Positions 22,002 to 36,895 of a stretch of 64,000 bases of DNA are shown piece by piece. Below the pieces are notes generated by a model. The model was not told the origin of the DNA. It did not search any database and saw only the letters and a list, made by a program, of their open reading frames with translations. How positions within the stretch are numbered: the stretch's first letter is position 1; each line of letters starts with the position of its first letter. Made by a program: the position numbers and the translations under genes. This stretch comes from Fimbriosthenelais zetlandica (taxonomy: Eukaryota). Location: assembly GCA_977030845.1 (NCBI GenBank), contig OZ365116.1, positions 4,712,001 through 4,776,000 of the forward strand, given 5' to 3'.

Positions 22002-25000
22002 GTGGGGAGTAATCTTGTAGTGAAGTAATAAGTATTTCCACTGAGTTACCTACAGGCACTTTTTGTACAGCACGATCCCACAGTGCCTACTAAACGCCCA
22101 TAAACATGGAGGCACGTAAAACCCCTTATAAACCCTCTCAAAACATCCCCAACCCGCGACGAGCGGTTCCCAACCCGATCATAAACACCACCCATACAAC
22201 CCAAAAGGCTTTACTCTCCGCGTCCATTCCTCCCGGCATGTCTGTACACTACCAGGCTTTCTCTAATGGACGTGTTCAGAATGGCTCAATAACATTAGGG
22301 GATGGTTGTATCGATGTACCAAAAGGTTTTAAGGGGCCCTTTACTTGGGTTTCGTTACTGCAGTTTTGGATACGTCCGTCCGTTCCTTGGAGTCAAGCCC
22401 TGTGCCCAATCATCTCCTGGGTTCTCATCCCATTTTGTCATCCCCTCAATTCCAAGCATGAAGCTTTGCATAGATTCTATGGCATTCATATTGTGCTGTA
22501 GGCCTAGACCTATATAGTCTAGAGTAAAATGATTTTTTCTCTAAGGTCTAGCTAAATGGTCGGGTGTTGGACCATCCTATTAATGTGCATCTCACTTTGA
22601 GATAACATCTGCTCATTGACAGACCACCTGGCTACTGTTCAATGAAAAAACTGGCCTTTAAATAACCAATACAGACTCATTACATTGCACAGTGCATCCA
22701 AAGGTCAGCCAAATTGATTTACAATGTATATATCAATCTACCCAGAGCAAATAACCATCCTGGTTCATTTAAGTCAGCAAAACAATCCATTACTCTTCTA
22801 AATTTGCACTTTAATCATGACATTGACAAAATGGTCTATCATAGTGGGAAAATGTACAGGTGCCTGGAACAGGATGGGCTGATGAAAGAATCACCAAAGG
22901 CCACGTGCTTTGTTAAATTTGTATGCAACAATAAGCGCACGTGTCAAAATGTATAGTGCTATTGAAACCAGCAAATGTGTGGCACAGCCACTGACGCACC
23001 ACCTTGTGGTCAGAACCAGAAACCACTTCAAACAGAGCTTAGTAAAGCGGAAGTGATGTATTGTCAGTGTCCAGTGTACACTAGACAGGTGTTTGTGGAT
23101 GAAAGTAGGGAAGGTCAGGAGTCGCTCTCGTGAGATTTGTTCAGGCTGCACCAAGCTTGCCCAAGTGGGACTCAGTGTAGGCAGATTAGTAAATGGACTT
23201 GTGAACGGCTTGTGAGGAGAAATCCCACATCCTTTCTGCCTACATACAGTTCCATTATGGCAGATCTAATAATTTGGTTGAGGACTCAGAAAATGGGTCT
23301 TTATTTCACCAGTGTGAAGGCTATTGGCCTTAAGATTCTTCGAGAAATTCAGTATTTCATGTCAATTTAGTTGGTCTAGTAGAATGGGCAATTGCAGCCA
23401 GAATGAGGAACTTCAACGAAATGGAAAATGGATGCGCTAAATATTAGATGTTTTCAAGCATTTGCATTCATGGTCTATGAAGCTTTTTTGATGTTTTGAG
23501 TTGCCACACTTACTTGCCATAGGAGAAGTTTGCCCTCAGGGTACGACATGACAAATACAGAGTCTCTGCTTTACATTAATCACTTATCAGAGCTCCTTGC
23601 CTTCGTCGTGCTGCACCCATCTATTAGCCCTGCCAGCTCTGTAGCATAGACATTCTGCTCATGGTCATTACCACGAATCAGGGTCTCTAATTAGTGGTTG
23701 ATTACTATATAAAACCTCCTCATCATGACCACCCATGCCTCATCTGTAATTACTTCTGATATTATGTCAAAGGCGGACAAAGGTACATGGCCGTGAAGCC
23801 AAGAGAAGGGAATGTATGGAATGAGTTGAGGATCTATTCCTATAGTGTCTCAGTTCATTAAGCAAGCACTTGTGTACTGATATGTACTCGTACTAGTGCA
23901 AGACATGAGACCTAAACTGGGTACATATTCCGCACCAGGTATAGGACATTTTGTTGCCGACTAAGTATCAGTATTGAAGGTTTTAAAGTATATTATTTCA
24001 AAATCAGTGCTATTGTCTCTGCATACATAGCTGAATTCATCCACTGTCAGGATTAATAATTTAGAACTTTCTTAAATTTCACAGCCAATGCATCATAATG
24101 GAGATTAGAGTGTTCACTTGAGGCCACCTTATCACGTTTCTTTACTTCATCAATAATCTGTGAGTATATTAGCAGGGAAGCCTCAGCTCTTCCCCACTTT
24201 CAGCTGTAAACTTTGAGAAGAAATAGTCATGAGGAAGGCTGTCTTATCACATCACAACATTTTCAAGGTCCCCCAGGAATGACAGGAGAGAGGTGCCCTA
24301 TTTCCCTGAATTATTCACGAGGTGCACTAATCCTATGCCTCAATCCAATACCTCGTACTGCAATGCTTCACCCAGTATTTAAAAGGCGAAGCCACTCGTT
24401 GGGCTTCCTCTGTCCAGGGAAGCCCTGAATACAAGAGCTTGAGCCAGTGATGTGAAGGGCCGGGGTGGGAGGGCAGGGAGTGTGCGGACAGGGTGTAAAT
24501 AGGGTTAGTCCTATTACCCACCTCCCCCTCCGATACAATTTGACAGTCAACAACAAGGCTTTGAAAACCCAGGAGACGGGAGGGGAGGAGTCCATCAGAC
24601 AGAACAGCCAGATGTGCCCACGCCTCATGGTGGGGAAGAATGATATTGTAAGTAATAGCAGCTCCGGCCTGGGCCAGAATCCTGAGGGCAAGGGCCAGTG
24701 TTTGTATCTCAAATGCTTGGCCTTCACTCACTCAAGGCAAGCCCTTAGTGTATAAAGTCAGTGATGATCAGACCCTCTGATCAATGATGTAATAAACGTC
24801 CATATTAGAGTAAGTGGAGAGCCCTGATTGAAAGGCTCGTATTGAGTCGAGGAAAGTATTGCCTCACTAGATTGAAGGGAATGCTTGAATCTGATAAATC
24901 ACCAGCTGACATTAGGTTTACTGGGATCAGTCAGTATACTGGGCTCACTCTCCTTTGGATACTGACACCCCTATAATCTATATATAATCTGGGATTGTCA

Positions 25001-28000
25001 ACTGGGAAAAGCAATGAAATATACACTGAAATGAGTTCATTTAACAATCATTTTGCACCCTTTCAAGTACATGTAAATGTCTATCCTATACTCAGACTCA
25101 ATTGGTAAACAGCAGTTTATATTAAGTCTTTTTAAGGTCATCACACACTAAGCCTAAATATTTCTACAAGCTGTTCGTTTGAGAAAAGAACACCTTTGGA
25201 TGGAAACTTTGCTGGACAGGCAATCATGTCCACATCCGAGGATGTATAGAGCTTGATGAAACATTGTGTGATCGGGCAGACTTGTTTTTGAATCTCTGTC
25301 TGTCAGGGTGCGTTTAGCTGACCTCTATTATTACCCATTTAAGCTCTAACCTTGACAAACATAGAACCAATTAGCAAAGAGAACCAGTTAGCAAACATGC
25401 AGACCGTATCAATGGTAATGCTCAGCTCTATATTCCCGGCTATATCTTCAGGCCACTCTCGTCCCACTCTGCTCCAATGTCTAATCATTTAATGTATCCC
25501 CACTGGTTTCAGATTGATGTGGCAAGTGGAATGTTGTAGAACATATGTTAGAGTTTGATAAAAGCTTGCTCTGATGGCCAGAGACTTCATATCCTTAACA
25601 CATGGCATCTAGTCATCATTCATTCCAGCTTCAATGACACTCACTATTCCACTAACATTCAGTGTATAGATTTTACCATTAACCAAAGTTCAACTGATCA
25701 CTCCAACCAGCCATCCCATTGACCTCTACCACTGAAATGGAAATGGACATTTGACCTCCAACTTCCATTGGTCAAGATAAGTGACTGAAACGCTAACCAA
25801 TCCACATGGTGACATGTCAAGGGCATGTGGCTGGTGCTATGATTGAGGCCTACTCAGGGATATGTTGACCAGATTCTTATCAAGGCTTACTTTCAGGGTT
25901 CTTCTAATCAGTCCTGAGATTTTCAATTTGGATATGCATATATGTGCTTGACTTTTGTCCTTGATGTGATTCGTCACTGCTTGCCTGTTTATATATTCCC
26001 AGCCCAAAACATGATATTTTACACATGGGTTTTCATTATTTCTTTTCACATATTCTCCTATTCTCCATCATGGCTTAAAACTGGATATAGTTATCACCTG
26101 ATTAAGGGTTATTTTCTCTTGGAACAATTTGGCAGTGATGCAATATATCAAGCCTGTATGTAAACATCCATGTGCTTACAACTATATGAGATCCGCCTGT
26201 TTTAAAGTATGATTTCAATGAACTCAATATCGGGAGTGATTTTGCTTTGATCAGTTATGGCATTCTGAGTTTTTCGTCCAGGTACCGATAGTTTATTGGA
26301 GAATGAATATCTTGCATAATTGATGACCTCTAGCATGGATTGTTTGAATCATATTATCTACTGGCATCACGGCAGCAAGCATGCAGTAGGTGTATGAATG
26401 ACTTGCATGTCATCTACTTACTGCTACACCCACACGGCCCTTTCATTCTGTAGACCCCCTTCATGCACGCATTTCAATTGGTTTGCTATCATGAACAGGT
26501 AAAATAACTGGTTCAGTCTTTGCCATTAATGCAAATACAACTCAATCATTGCCACTCATTCAGGAACTGTCTTCGCTATGGATATGAGGCTGATTGTTGT
26601 AGGAAATAATGTCCTCGGGCCATCCCATTGTGTGAGATTCTCCTTGCAGTTAAGATGCTGCAAATAAAGTATCCCCTTGCCTAGAGTTCCCATTTAGCCT
26701 ACGTCCACCAAGAAAGTCTTCCCTTAATTGGAAAATCATTTTTCAACCTGCCTACCTGTAGTTTCAAATTATAAGAATCAGAGTCATTTTAAAGAGACAT
26801 GAAATATTATTAAACAGCTGAGTGCATGGCAGGTCAGACAAAATATAATTGATATAGTGACCCTCCTCTCATTACAACTCTTATCTTGAAAACGTTGCTC
26901 TTTCTGAGAAAGCAGGAATTAAGGGGTTGTTGTTGACTGAGAAAAATGCAATAGACATACAAAGTAGTTGATTATATATAAAAGACTCGATACGTTATCT
27001 GTATGAAGTAGTAAGTAATATTGATCTGTTGTTCAGTCATCAAGCCAGTTTTTCTATGGCATTGAGCAATCAATGGTGTGAATGGTCTGAATGACTTTCC
27101 TCTGGTGAGAAACTGCCATCTGTCAGCCAGGCTGACTCCTCCACCAAGGTGTCTTTAATTATCACAGGCTTTATTATTAATATGTCAAAAAAGATTTTTG
27201 CCAAGTCAGCAGAAGGAGAGGTTCCTGTCAAGTAAGCTTTTAATGCCGTCTGTCTGCCGTCTCTGCACTCTGAGACAGCTATGATGGCCCTTGATCATTT
27301 ACATGCTACCTTCATCACTTTTCCCCCTAAAAACCCTAATTAATATTTTGTCAGAACTAACAATATTTTTTTCCTAATGGTTGTTAGGGCCTACCTCTCA
27401 AATGTTCATATCATCTTTTAAGTACTGGTGCTATGTTCTTAAAGCACCGGATTATATTTTTTCTACCTGTCTCCACATGATTGTTTGTCTGCACAGGAAA
27501 TCTGAGGTTATTTCATCAGAGAATGAAAGACTGGAAGGGAGCTAGGTTCATGTTGCAATTACAAAGAAATACCATCCCGGTCTCTGCTGCATATTGGACA
27601 TGATTAAAGGGTGAAACTAGCATAAAAACAATCAAAGTAGAATTTACTCTTCAATGGTTCTGCCCACCCTCTTACAAGTTCATTTATCAAGATCAAAGCC
27701 CTGGCATCTCCTTGCATTAAGGTAATACAACCCTGCCTGTCTGTTTTGTTCAAAGAAAATGTGAATTTCTTGCAAATCAGCAATTGTTTTCTGCTGGACT
27801 GCAGGGCGATAATAGGGGATGTATAGTGTTCAGCATGCACGGAATGGGAATGAGGATGGACAGTGCCACAATTGGTCCTAGTAATGAAGGATGGGTCGAA
27901 TAATAGGCCTATAGTCGATGGGCATTTGTATCTGTCCAAGTTTGCATGGACCTGTAAAATTACAGGACCGTAAGAGTTCAGGTCAGATTCTGTTAAATTT

Positions 28001-28093
28001 ACAGGACTATATGGCCGAGTTGAAATATTCAGTTGTGTATAATGCCTTCACAACATGCATTCTTATCTCATTAGAATAAGGGGAGGGGATAAC

Positions 28094-28135
28094 AGAGGGA
28101 GAGAGAGAGAGAGGTATGAGATAATAGAATAATCT

Positions 28136-28181
<46 letters not shown>

Positions 28182-28198
28182 GGGGGAGGGGGTGGGGG
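28094..28198 (+). repeat. (AG)n microsatellite with G-rich tail
   Basis: Pure (AG)16 at 28139-28170, flanked by GA-rich sequence and G5-A-G5-T-G5 at 28182-28198. Confidence 0.95.
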
Positions 28199-31100
28199 TA
28201 AGAGATTAGAAGAAGAGTATGAGAGTAGAATAATCATGAGTTTCTCATCATAAGGAACATCTCAGTGATTACATGATCTAGAGACAGCGAGGAATGATTA
28301 GGAAACATCCCTCCATAGTAGCACATCTCAGTGTGATTTTGATTGGCTTGGATGTTGCTCGATGCTTTCGGGCAAGACAACCATCCCTCATGTTGAGCAG
28401 GCCCTAATCCACTGGCTGCAAACAAATCTCATGAGTGGAGTTCAGACAGGGGGATCCACATCACAGGTCCTAGCTAATGAAGTGATTTTGTGCAAAAAGG
28501 CAGAGGCTGAGGAAAGTGGAAGATAGAGGTTGAAAGGCCATGCTGGCTGGTAATAGGAACTTGCTGAAGACACTTCATGTTAGGTGGGTTGATGGGGGGA
28601 GAAGCGATGGTAAAAACAAGTGAGAATATATTTCTTTGCTAACCTAGCCTGGTCTCATTTTATCAGCATATCTATCGTGATGGAAGTAAGAGAGATGATC
28701 TATAAACTTTCTGTCTCCCATGTGGTATATTCAGGTCTTTAATGTAATCACAAGGAAAAATATGGTGAATATCTTGGGAAGCAATACTGCATGTATAAAG
28801 TTCAGAAAGTAAAAGTTGGTAAAAGGTTGAAGAAAGGGACAGCTATTCAAACCTTCTGACAGGTTGCATTGTCATGATACACTCTTTGCCCAGATTGAAC
28901 TGGAGATCTAAAGATAAGCCTATTTATATGAAATCCATCATAGGCCAGCCCGACCACAGTGGCCTGAGTCACTGAGAGCAGTATACCAGATTCATTGTCA
29001 TTCAGTGAGCAGCTCCTGGATGTTGTATGAGCCTGTAGAAGGTCCTGTGGTCGTGGTAGGATCACTGAGCACATGGCTATACCCATGGTCAATCCCTGAG
29101 ACGATGTCTTACAAACACGTACTCCCAACTTTAGGCTTTGTGCTGGTCAACCCATGCAGCTAGATTGAACCTAACATCCATATAGTCACCAGTACACCGG
29201 TTTCTAGCTCATCCAACATGACCAACCTTGATGTGCCTGAATTTCAATATCTCGTCTTAAGCCTCTCTCCCAATAATGAATAAACGAAAGGGCTTTACCT
29301 CTTCTTTCGTTCCTTTCCTTCCGCTCGTATATAAATACAATGGCTAGTTATTTTGGGGTCAGTCAGAATTTGGGTGAGTGGCCATTTGCTTGAAACATGT
29401 CTTACATTATAGAGACCCATACTTTTGCAGGCAAATCAATAGACAAACTGTGTGTATGTTTGAGTTATGACATCAAGGATTGCCTCCAGGGGGCAGTACA
29501 ACTGTATCTACCCATCTTGGCAACTCATCGTATCATTGGTCAATACCGGTGGGCACCCGTCCACATCAATCGAACCCCACCGGGAAATTATTTGCCGTCT
29601 TCTGCCTTGTGTAAGTTTCCCCCGGGGCAAGCCGTGCTCACGAGGGGGACAAATCTGCTTTAACTACACTTCCAGGACCTTGAAGGAATTTTCATTTTTG
29701 TTTTTTTCCCTCCTTTGTTGTAAAGTTCTCGGGTAGAAATTCACCGCAGGCAAATTGGATTGTGGGATGCCCCAGTAGAGGGGGGAGGGGACGCTGGTAT
29801 TTGTGGTCCTGGTAGGCAATAATGATGACCAATGGTCAGCACTTTATAATTCTGGCCATTGGTGAAGGTTTGCTAGAAAGGGGTCAGGGGATAGTAGACT
29901 GATTGCTGTTGGGGGGCTCTATTACACTACCAATGCCTTCCCACTCTTCCTCGTCCACTGGTCATCTGGTCTGATTGTTAATGTCCGCAGACAGTGAATG
30001 GTCAGTAAGTGGTCAGTATTGACCGCTTGATGGGTCACAAGAGGACAGTAGAATCTCTGGTCTACTCAATTGCATGAAGCCAGCAAATATGGGAAGGAAG
30101 TCTAAGGAAGAAAGTCAACAGGAATATATCCTAACTAAATAAAGTGTAAAAACTTAAAGAATGCTGCGGTGAATTTAATTTTCAAAGTGTTTCCTAGTAA
30201 ATACTTCTTGTGCATAGATTTGATAAGTTACAATCCTCATAAGAAATCATCGACATATTGATGTGGATGAATGGGTTATAGGCCGGAAATGTCCATCAGT
30301 TGATCGGGAGAGTTGGTGTGAATTGGTCCTTCAACTCAACCATAATCATTTCCGATTTAATTAAAACTCTGATTTATAACATTTTTCTGCATGCATGGGG
30401 ATTTATTAAACCATCTGTCGTGTTATCGAGAAAATAATTTCATGTTGTCATAGTTAAAACTGAAGCAATTATCTCTTGTCCTTCATAGTTTAAAAACTTT
30501 TCACTCTCTGAAGTTGAAGTAATATCCCGTGTAAAATCTGCAGGGAGAGTAGGGACAGCTGTACATCATTCCCATAATTTGTCTCAATTTGCAGTACACG
30601 AGGCAGGAACTATATCCATTAAGTATACCGAGAATGCATTAATGAACATAGCAGCACTGTCTGAGACGCTGTCAATTAATTGATTCTGATTAATATTGAG
30701 CATTTGGGCTTAGAGTAAAAAGTCAGAGACAGTCCATCTGGGTAAAGTCCATTACCTTGTTAGCTTATCGCCATGATTAAGCTGCAACTTCAAATAATTA
30801 ACCATGACAGAGATGTCAGACTGGCTCGAAAAACCTGCCCAAATCCTATTCATCATAGGAAGTGGCTTGTTTTTGCCTTCATCCCTTGTCAGCCATTTAT
30901 GATAAAACAAATACAATTTAAGACCAAGGATTAAGGCAAATTGATTCAGACAATCAGCTGCATGCCTAGGCCTTACATCATTCAAAATTCACACTCATTC
31001 ACAGCTCCGTCTCGGAAGCCAATTTTCCAACTCGTTGACCATCATTTTTGGCACCTTAGAGTTGATGTACTCAAATTGGTCAAAATATATTGTTGCAATG

Positions 31101-31494
31101 AAATCCTCTGTTGATGATATTGGAAAGCAACCTGTTGTTAGGCACGAGGTAAATGTGAAAAGTGTGAACATGCTGCTGGAGGTTGTTTACCCAGTACCTG
31201 CTGATTCCTCATGTCGTTAGCAGAGGTCGCTCCTCATTTAATCCCGTTAGCATATAGACACATTAGTGTGGACGCTTACCGAGGGAGCGGCAGCCACCAC
31301 TAACCCGCTCTAAAACTTATCACACTTTTCATCAGTAAACTTTATGGCGATGGTGATTTCATTACTACTTTTTAAATGTGAGGATTCTAACTTAATTTAT
31401 TAAGTTATAAGTTGGAACGCCCCTCGACAGGTACCTGTCAGAATGCTATGTACAATGTACATGTGAACAAGTTATATTAATCTGTGTAATGTAT

Positions 31495-31660
31495 TGTCTG
31501 TCTCTGTCTCTGTCTGTCTCTCTCACTCCCTCTCTTGAATTCACTCTCTCCATATACCTCCCATCTCCCTGCCTATCTAGGCCTACACCTCTATTCTCTC
31601 ATTCTCTCTCCCCCTATCCACCTGTCGGGTTATTTCACTCTCTTTCTCTTATTTTCCTCT
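31495..31660 (+). repeat. CT-rich low-complexity tract
   Basis: TCTCTG/CTCT reiterations. Confidence 0.7.
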
Positions 31661-34600
31661 GTAATACACGAGAATAAATAGGTTCTCCTGAAAGAAAAGA
31701 GCAGCTGACTGCCTCCCACAGCGCAGTACTTTTTCATCGACTCTCTATTGATAGAGGTATATTACATGTAGCATCTTGGTGCAGTACTATAAGCTATACT
31801 TGTAACGTATTTATTTGAAAGTGATTCTTATAATATTTAATTCTATAATTATTTCCTTCCATCTTTCCATCTCGCTTTCCATAATCTATTTTTATTCATC
31901 CAATATCTTACTCAAATCGACTCTAATTAAAAAAAGAAGTTTCTTTATTATACTTGCTTCCTTATCCCTTTTGACCAAATTTAATGGCGGAATTTGCATA
32001 ATTTCTTATTCATTTCCTCCACCTTTGCCCATTTCCCTATTGCCATCCTCAGCCCAACAACCTCTGATTGTTTCACACTAGCGAAGCACCGTCCCCTGGA
32101 CACACCAACTATATATCCCACCCACCACCAGTTCCATAACTCAAGTGTTAATGTAAAATGTATTTACCACAAGTGCAGCTTAGAAGCTTAAGGTCAAAGT
32201 GTTAAAAGACAATTTCCTCCTACTCGAGTTGTTTATGACTTGTGTGCCACTCTTTGCTCCATAATAGCACGAAGACTCGCCAGAAGATGGCGTCATATGG
32301 CACCTTCCCCCCTCTAACCCTCAGTAATAACTTTGTTTTTCTTCGCCCATCTTCACTTTGTTAACATCCAACTTATTCCTTTTCTCGTCTCAATAAAGGC
32401 ATCTCGTTACTTCCTATCATATACTCATTCAATATAAGTGATCGGTGTTATATATGAACTGCTGAACGCCTGCAATATTGCACATTTCTTAAAGGTGTCC
32501 ATCGCATTTTTGAAATTAATCTTTATTAAGTGCATATCACTTTATTATTATGGTACTGCGTGCAGAATTAAACGGTTGTTCATGGCCAACGTCTAGAAGA
32601 GCTAACTATATTCTGCTGACTAAGACATCTGAACGCTTTCTGAATATATATGGCCATATATCTAATAACTGAGATCAAAGGGCTAAAACATCTTCCTTGT
32701 CAAGGGCAATCCATGCATGAATAAACTCCTTATCGTCCTTTTCTTCCGTCAAGCACATCACTTCCTTGCGCTATTGATGAAACTTGCAAATAGCCCGGAA
32801 GTGGTCTAAGGGTCAAGGATAGAAGCCTTTTTGTGTTCTTTTCAAAGAGACTTTGAAATGTATGGTCTTTGTTATGATGGACTTGCCCTCCAATAAGTCG
32901 CTTACCTTCGATTTATCACTCTATGTAGCTTCATGGCCATCTCCTCCTGTTCCTTGTTTAGTTTTTTACAGGCTAGTGCAGGCTGTATTTTTGTGACGTT
33001 AATGTCTGACTGGATGATATTGCTGTTAAGTGCAATTTTTGGTCAGGTCTGTAATAGGCTTCTTGATAATAAGGGATGGAAGCTTCTAGAATATACGCCG
33101 CAGGGGGATAAGTCAACCTGAGATCTGTGGCTTCATAATTAACTGATGGACGAAAGGCTGTTACGAGGAACACCTTGTTTGATATCTAGATCTATTAATT
33201 AATATCATATTACCTATATTATACGATGTACATTGATGTGGGTTCGTCTGAACAACATTCCTAACCATAAAATCATGGAAGATCATCTACATGCACGCCT
33301 CCATTTTTTCAATAACCTCGGCCGCTGTGGGACACTGTTTTCATTGAAAAATGGTAAAAGTGTGATAATGTTCCCTACCTCCATCTTGGTGCACAATTTT
33401 CGTCCACGAGGGGAAGGACTATGATACAAACCCTCGTGAAAAAAGAGTGCAACGGTGGCTGTCATAAATGCAGCAGTACTGTAAAACCTTAGAGGAGGAG
33501 ATGCGTTTACGTGAAGCACAATATAATAGAGTAATTTATATTTAGATACTCTTATTTTACCCCCTTGTCACTTTCCCCTGCCCTCCCCCACAGCCATACT
33601 TCACTGCCTGTCTACCCATTTTCCATCGCATCAATATGGACCTTGCTTGCTTGCTCTAAATGGGCTCAAGCCTGTAGAATACAGAAGGACCTATGCCTCA
33701 GGCACTACCAACCACAGCGATTTCAAATCCTGGTTCGGGCCCCCACGAGGCTTCCGGGCCTCAGGGACGTTCTGTTCTCCCTGGAAACACGAATAATTAT
33801 CAACCTTTCCTCTAATCACAAGTCCTTTCTTCCCTGAGCTTCCTAATATTTCAGCATGTAGCCTAATTAGGATACACACAAAAAGCATTGGGTGAAGAGT
33901 GGATTTTTTTGTCCCTTCTTTGATTTCCGGAGGTGTTTCTATACCAGCTCTCACCCCATCTGCCCCCAAGCTTTCCCAGAATTCAATGCGTCAGCAGTTT
34001 TGCATGCTGAGAACACAAACATAGGGTTCTTTTGGATGGAGGGGACTGCTCAGTGGAGAGGAGCCTCACGCGCATGTCTGTATGCACCTTAAATAGGTCA
34101 CTGATAAGCTCTAGGCCAATGATATGTCAGACCCACGTCTTGCCCATCCTTTATTAATATATCTCACACTTGGTGGCGTGGAACAGATTGCTTTTCAAGT
34201 ACGATCGAAAGGATGTCCCTTTTGAAAAAAGATAAGAATAATATAATTGGAAGGCCGACCATGCAAAGGAATCCTTATAGTTTTTAGTCCCATGGATGTG
34301 ATTACATTTGCTATTGACAAAAGTACACTCCCTTATTCCGTAGACGTAGATCACTCACATCTCGTCGACGGCTTCTCTGAGCTCTTGAAAAATAATTTAT
34401 TGTTACTAACGGGTTACCAAGGTAACGTCATAATTAGAGAGAAAAAAGTCAAGTGTTCTCTCCAGAGCAAAAATGGAGCCTGGCCTAAGTAATATTAGGT
34501 TGCCATGCATGTTAAGAGCATGATAAATCTGAGACTTAACTTTCATCGTGTTTGTTAAGTGAAAAAGTAGAGATAGAGGAGAACTTGTGGAGCACGTTGT

Positions 34601-34679
34601 AAATTTCCATGAACACTGCATGTAATGGCTTTGAGAGTGAGTATGGTCTGACTAACTGTATAGTAGTCAGGCCCAATCC

Positions 34680-35511
34680 TTAAAGGGGCATTAAAGACTA
34701 GTATCACCTAGGGTTTGACCGACATAAAAGCTTGAATCATATATCTTGAGATATATGGATTATGAAGAAAATAAATATTATCAAGTTAATTCAAGTTTAA
34801 TCATCGTTTGATGGTGAGCGCCATTTCTGGAAATCCCCCTGGGCTATGTGTGACGTATGGTAACCCAAACAAAATGGTAAACAAAACAAAGATCAGCTGC
34901 AGGCCTTCGTAGTGGCAACGAGCTATACTCGTTGGTAGTGGGAGCGAGGAGAAATATGTCCATATCATAACAGACCATGGATTAAAAGGGTATCAATTTG
35001 AGCTACAAGTAAAATGGGAAGGAGTTCTAGTGAAAGTTGATAAGAGACCAAAAGTAGTGATCAAGCCAAATGTCTTATAATGGGATAGTAGTGAGTTTTC
35101 TGATGACATTGTCATCACCTGTAGACTAGTGTGTATGTATACTTCCCACCCGTGGCCCACCCAATCACCTGAGGACCCGCGTGCAGTTGACCCAACTCGT
35201 AATGCTGTCCAGTAAACAATACACTCATTGCTCCCTCAAAAGCGGTGATCACACCGGACTAGTAGGCCTACACCTACCATCCACCTGGGTCACTGTACGT
35301 CACAGCCCTACAGTGCGCATGCGCATAATCCGAAATGGCGGGCATCATCGGGAATCGGGAAACATCCTGTACCATGCATAGTTTGACACTTTTAACACGG
35401 ATTTCTCTTTCCCCATGGATATAAAAAAAAAACTTTTATTGACGAACGGTGTAATCAATCTGCTATTTCACGTGCATACCTATGTGTCCCTACCCTGTTA
35501 TTGTCCTTTAA
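34680..35511. mobile_element. Possible Kolobok-like non-autonomous DNA transposon (TTAA...TTAA)
   Basis: The left end is TTAA|AGGGGCATTAA and the right end is TTATTGTCCT|TTAA (reverse complement AGGACAATAA), so the TIRs are only loosely matched. The interior is CpG-rich. Confidence 0.3.
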
Positions 35512-36742
35512 AGATTAATTCATGATGCTAGCATGTGTATATACCTAAAAGCTTTGTAGCTCATGCGCCTTAACTATTGACAATCTCCATGTATGGGGCT
35601 CATGTATGTATATCTCCTGAAGCTGTAATTAGCCTACTGAGGCTTTAAATGTGTAAGATTGTTTGGTTGGGGTTTAACATCACGCCTATGTGGATGATGT
35701 GTTGACTTATTATGTTTTAGTATTTTTAAGGCCTATACCTTGGCGTTGGCCACATTCACCAGAGCTTCGAGGCCATGCATATTTAGAAGGCTCCATAGCA
35801 GGGTTGTTTTCAATTCAGACCATCCAGTGTCTGTCTCCCCTACCATGAATCCCGCGCCTCATGTGATATTAGAATGTGGTGAAGTGACAGCTATCTAAAC
35901 CTGGAGTGGCACTGATCTAATTTGAATGTTCCGCTTCGTATCTGGTTTCCGCCATATCCGGATGAAGCTCTCTCGACGCTCATGCCTGGCCATGGTTGTT
36001 ATACCAATCAAAACATGTTTTATCACATATAGGTGCAAATACATCTTTTGTTAAGGAGGTGTTACTTTTAAACATTGAACGCTGAATGTTGCCTCAGTTT
36101 TGCCAAACCTATTGAAAATCCATCCTTCATTTTTCACTGCGGATTCGAATAATTTGTGTGGGCTCGCCCTGAGCCAACATTGAAACTTGAGTGCCATGAT
36201 TTTAAAAGCTTTGCCTGGGAAAACATTTCTTGTTCTTCTTTGGGTGTCATAATGGCGGTCAAGGCCGTGACATCATGAATGCAGGAAAGAGCAATCCAGG
36301 AACCAGGATAAAGCACTGAGCGTCTGGAACATGGCAACGTCACCTGTGCTCCATCTGGTCCCCTGTCATATCCCCTGTCAGAATTAGCCTCGTTTTGAGG
36401 ACTGGGGTTGCTTTTTTCAGGTGGACTCACGCAATTGGCAGAGCCAGTAGAATTTAAGATCCATATGAAAGTGATTTAAAGATAGTCTGTCTTTAGCAGA
36501 TGTTATTCTTGTTTACTATGATATAAAATACAAAATGGCGTTGGTTTTATATACGGCAATAAGCAAAATACAAAACAGGATAGGAGAAATAGAAATTGTT
36601 AAGGATAAGGTCAATTAAAGTAACAATGTCTGAACTTTATGAATGAGCAAAGGAATCACCTCAAAAACGAGTATATATGTGGCCTTCCTGAATTTGAGGT
36701 CACATTTAACGTTTAAGGCCACATTTTACTCCTGGGCCTCAC

Positions 36743-36895
36743 CCGCTAATGGCTTCCTCAGTGCTCGCTTATTCCTATCTCATTTCCTTCCCTCACCGCC
36801 GGAACTGGCGCCACCGTCACTCCTGCACGCCCAACCAATGTGACGTCAGAGACCTTTTGTGGCGTTCCTATTGGTAAGGTATCCCATAATGCAAC
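36743..36895 (-). promoter_or_regulatory. Candidate promoter plus first non-coding exon, minus strand
   Basis: CCAAT at 36835, perfect CRE TGACGTCA at 36841-36848, ATTGG at 36870 and a ZNF143/Staf-like TCCCATAATGCA at 36882. A GC-rich stretch follows on the minus strand, ending at donor CGG|GTGAGG (GT 36742-36741). Confidence 0.5.

Noticed and set aside
20490-23055. ETS/NR/ATF motifs at ~20490-20530, and E-boxes plus an ETS site at ~22900-23055
   Set aside because: Short 6-8 nt motifs at a density compatible with chance, with no supporting splice or promoter context.
27948-28007. CCTGTAAAATTACAGG palindrome-like motif repeated locally, sharing AATTTACAGGAC with 5999-6010
   Set aside because: Probably a decayed MITE fragment, but too short to define ends or family.
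31388-31439. Short palindromes (TAACTTAAT-TT-ATTAAGTTA and GACAGGTACCTGTC), plus similar 7-8 bp hairpins elsewhere (1759, 24769, 58646)
   Set aside because: Several palindromes of this length are expected by chance in 64 kb.
36765-36774. GTGCTCGCTT resembling the 5' end of U6 snRNA
   Set aside because: The match stops after 10 nt and nothing downstream resembles U6.
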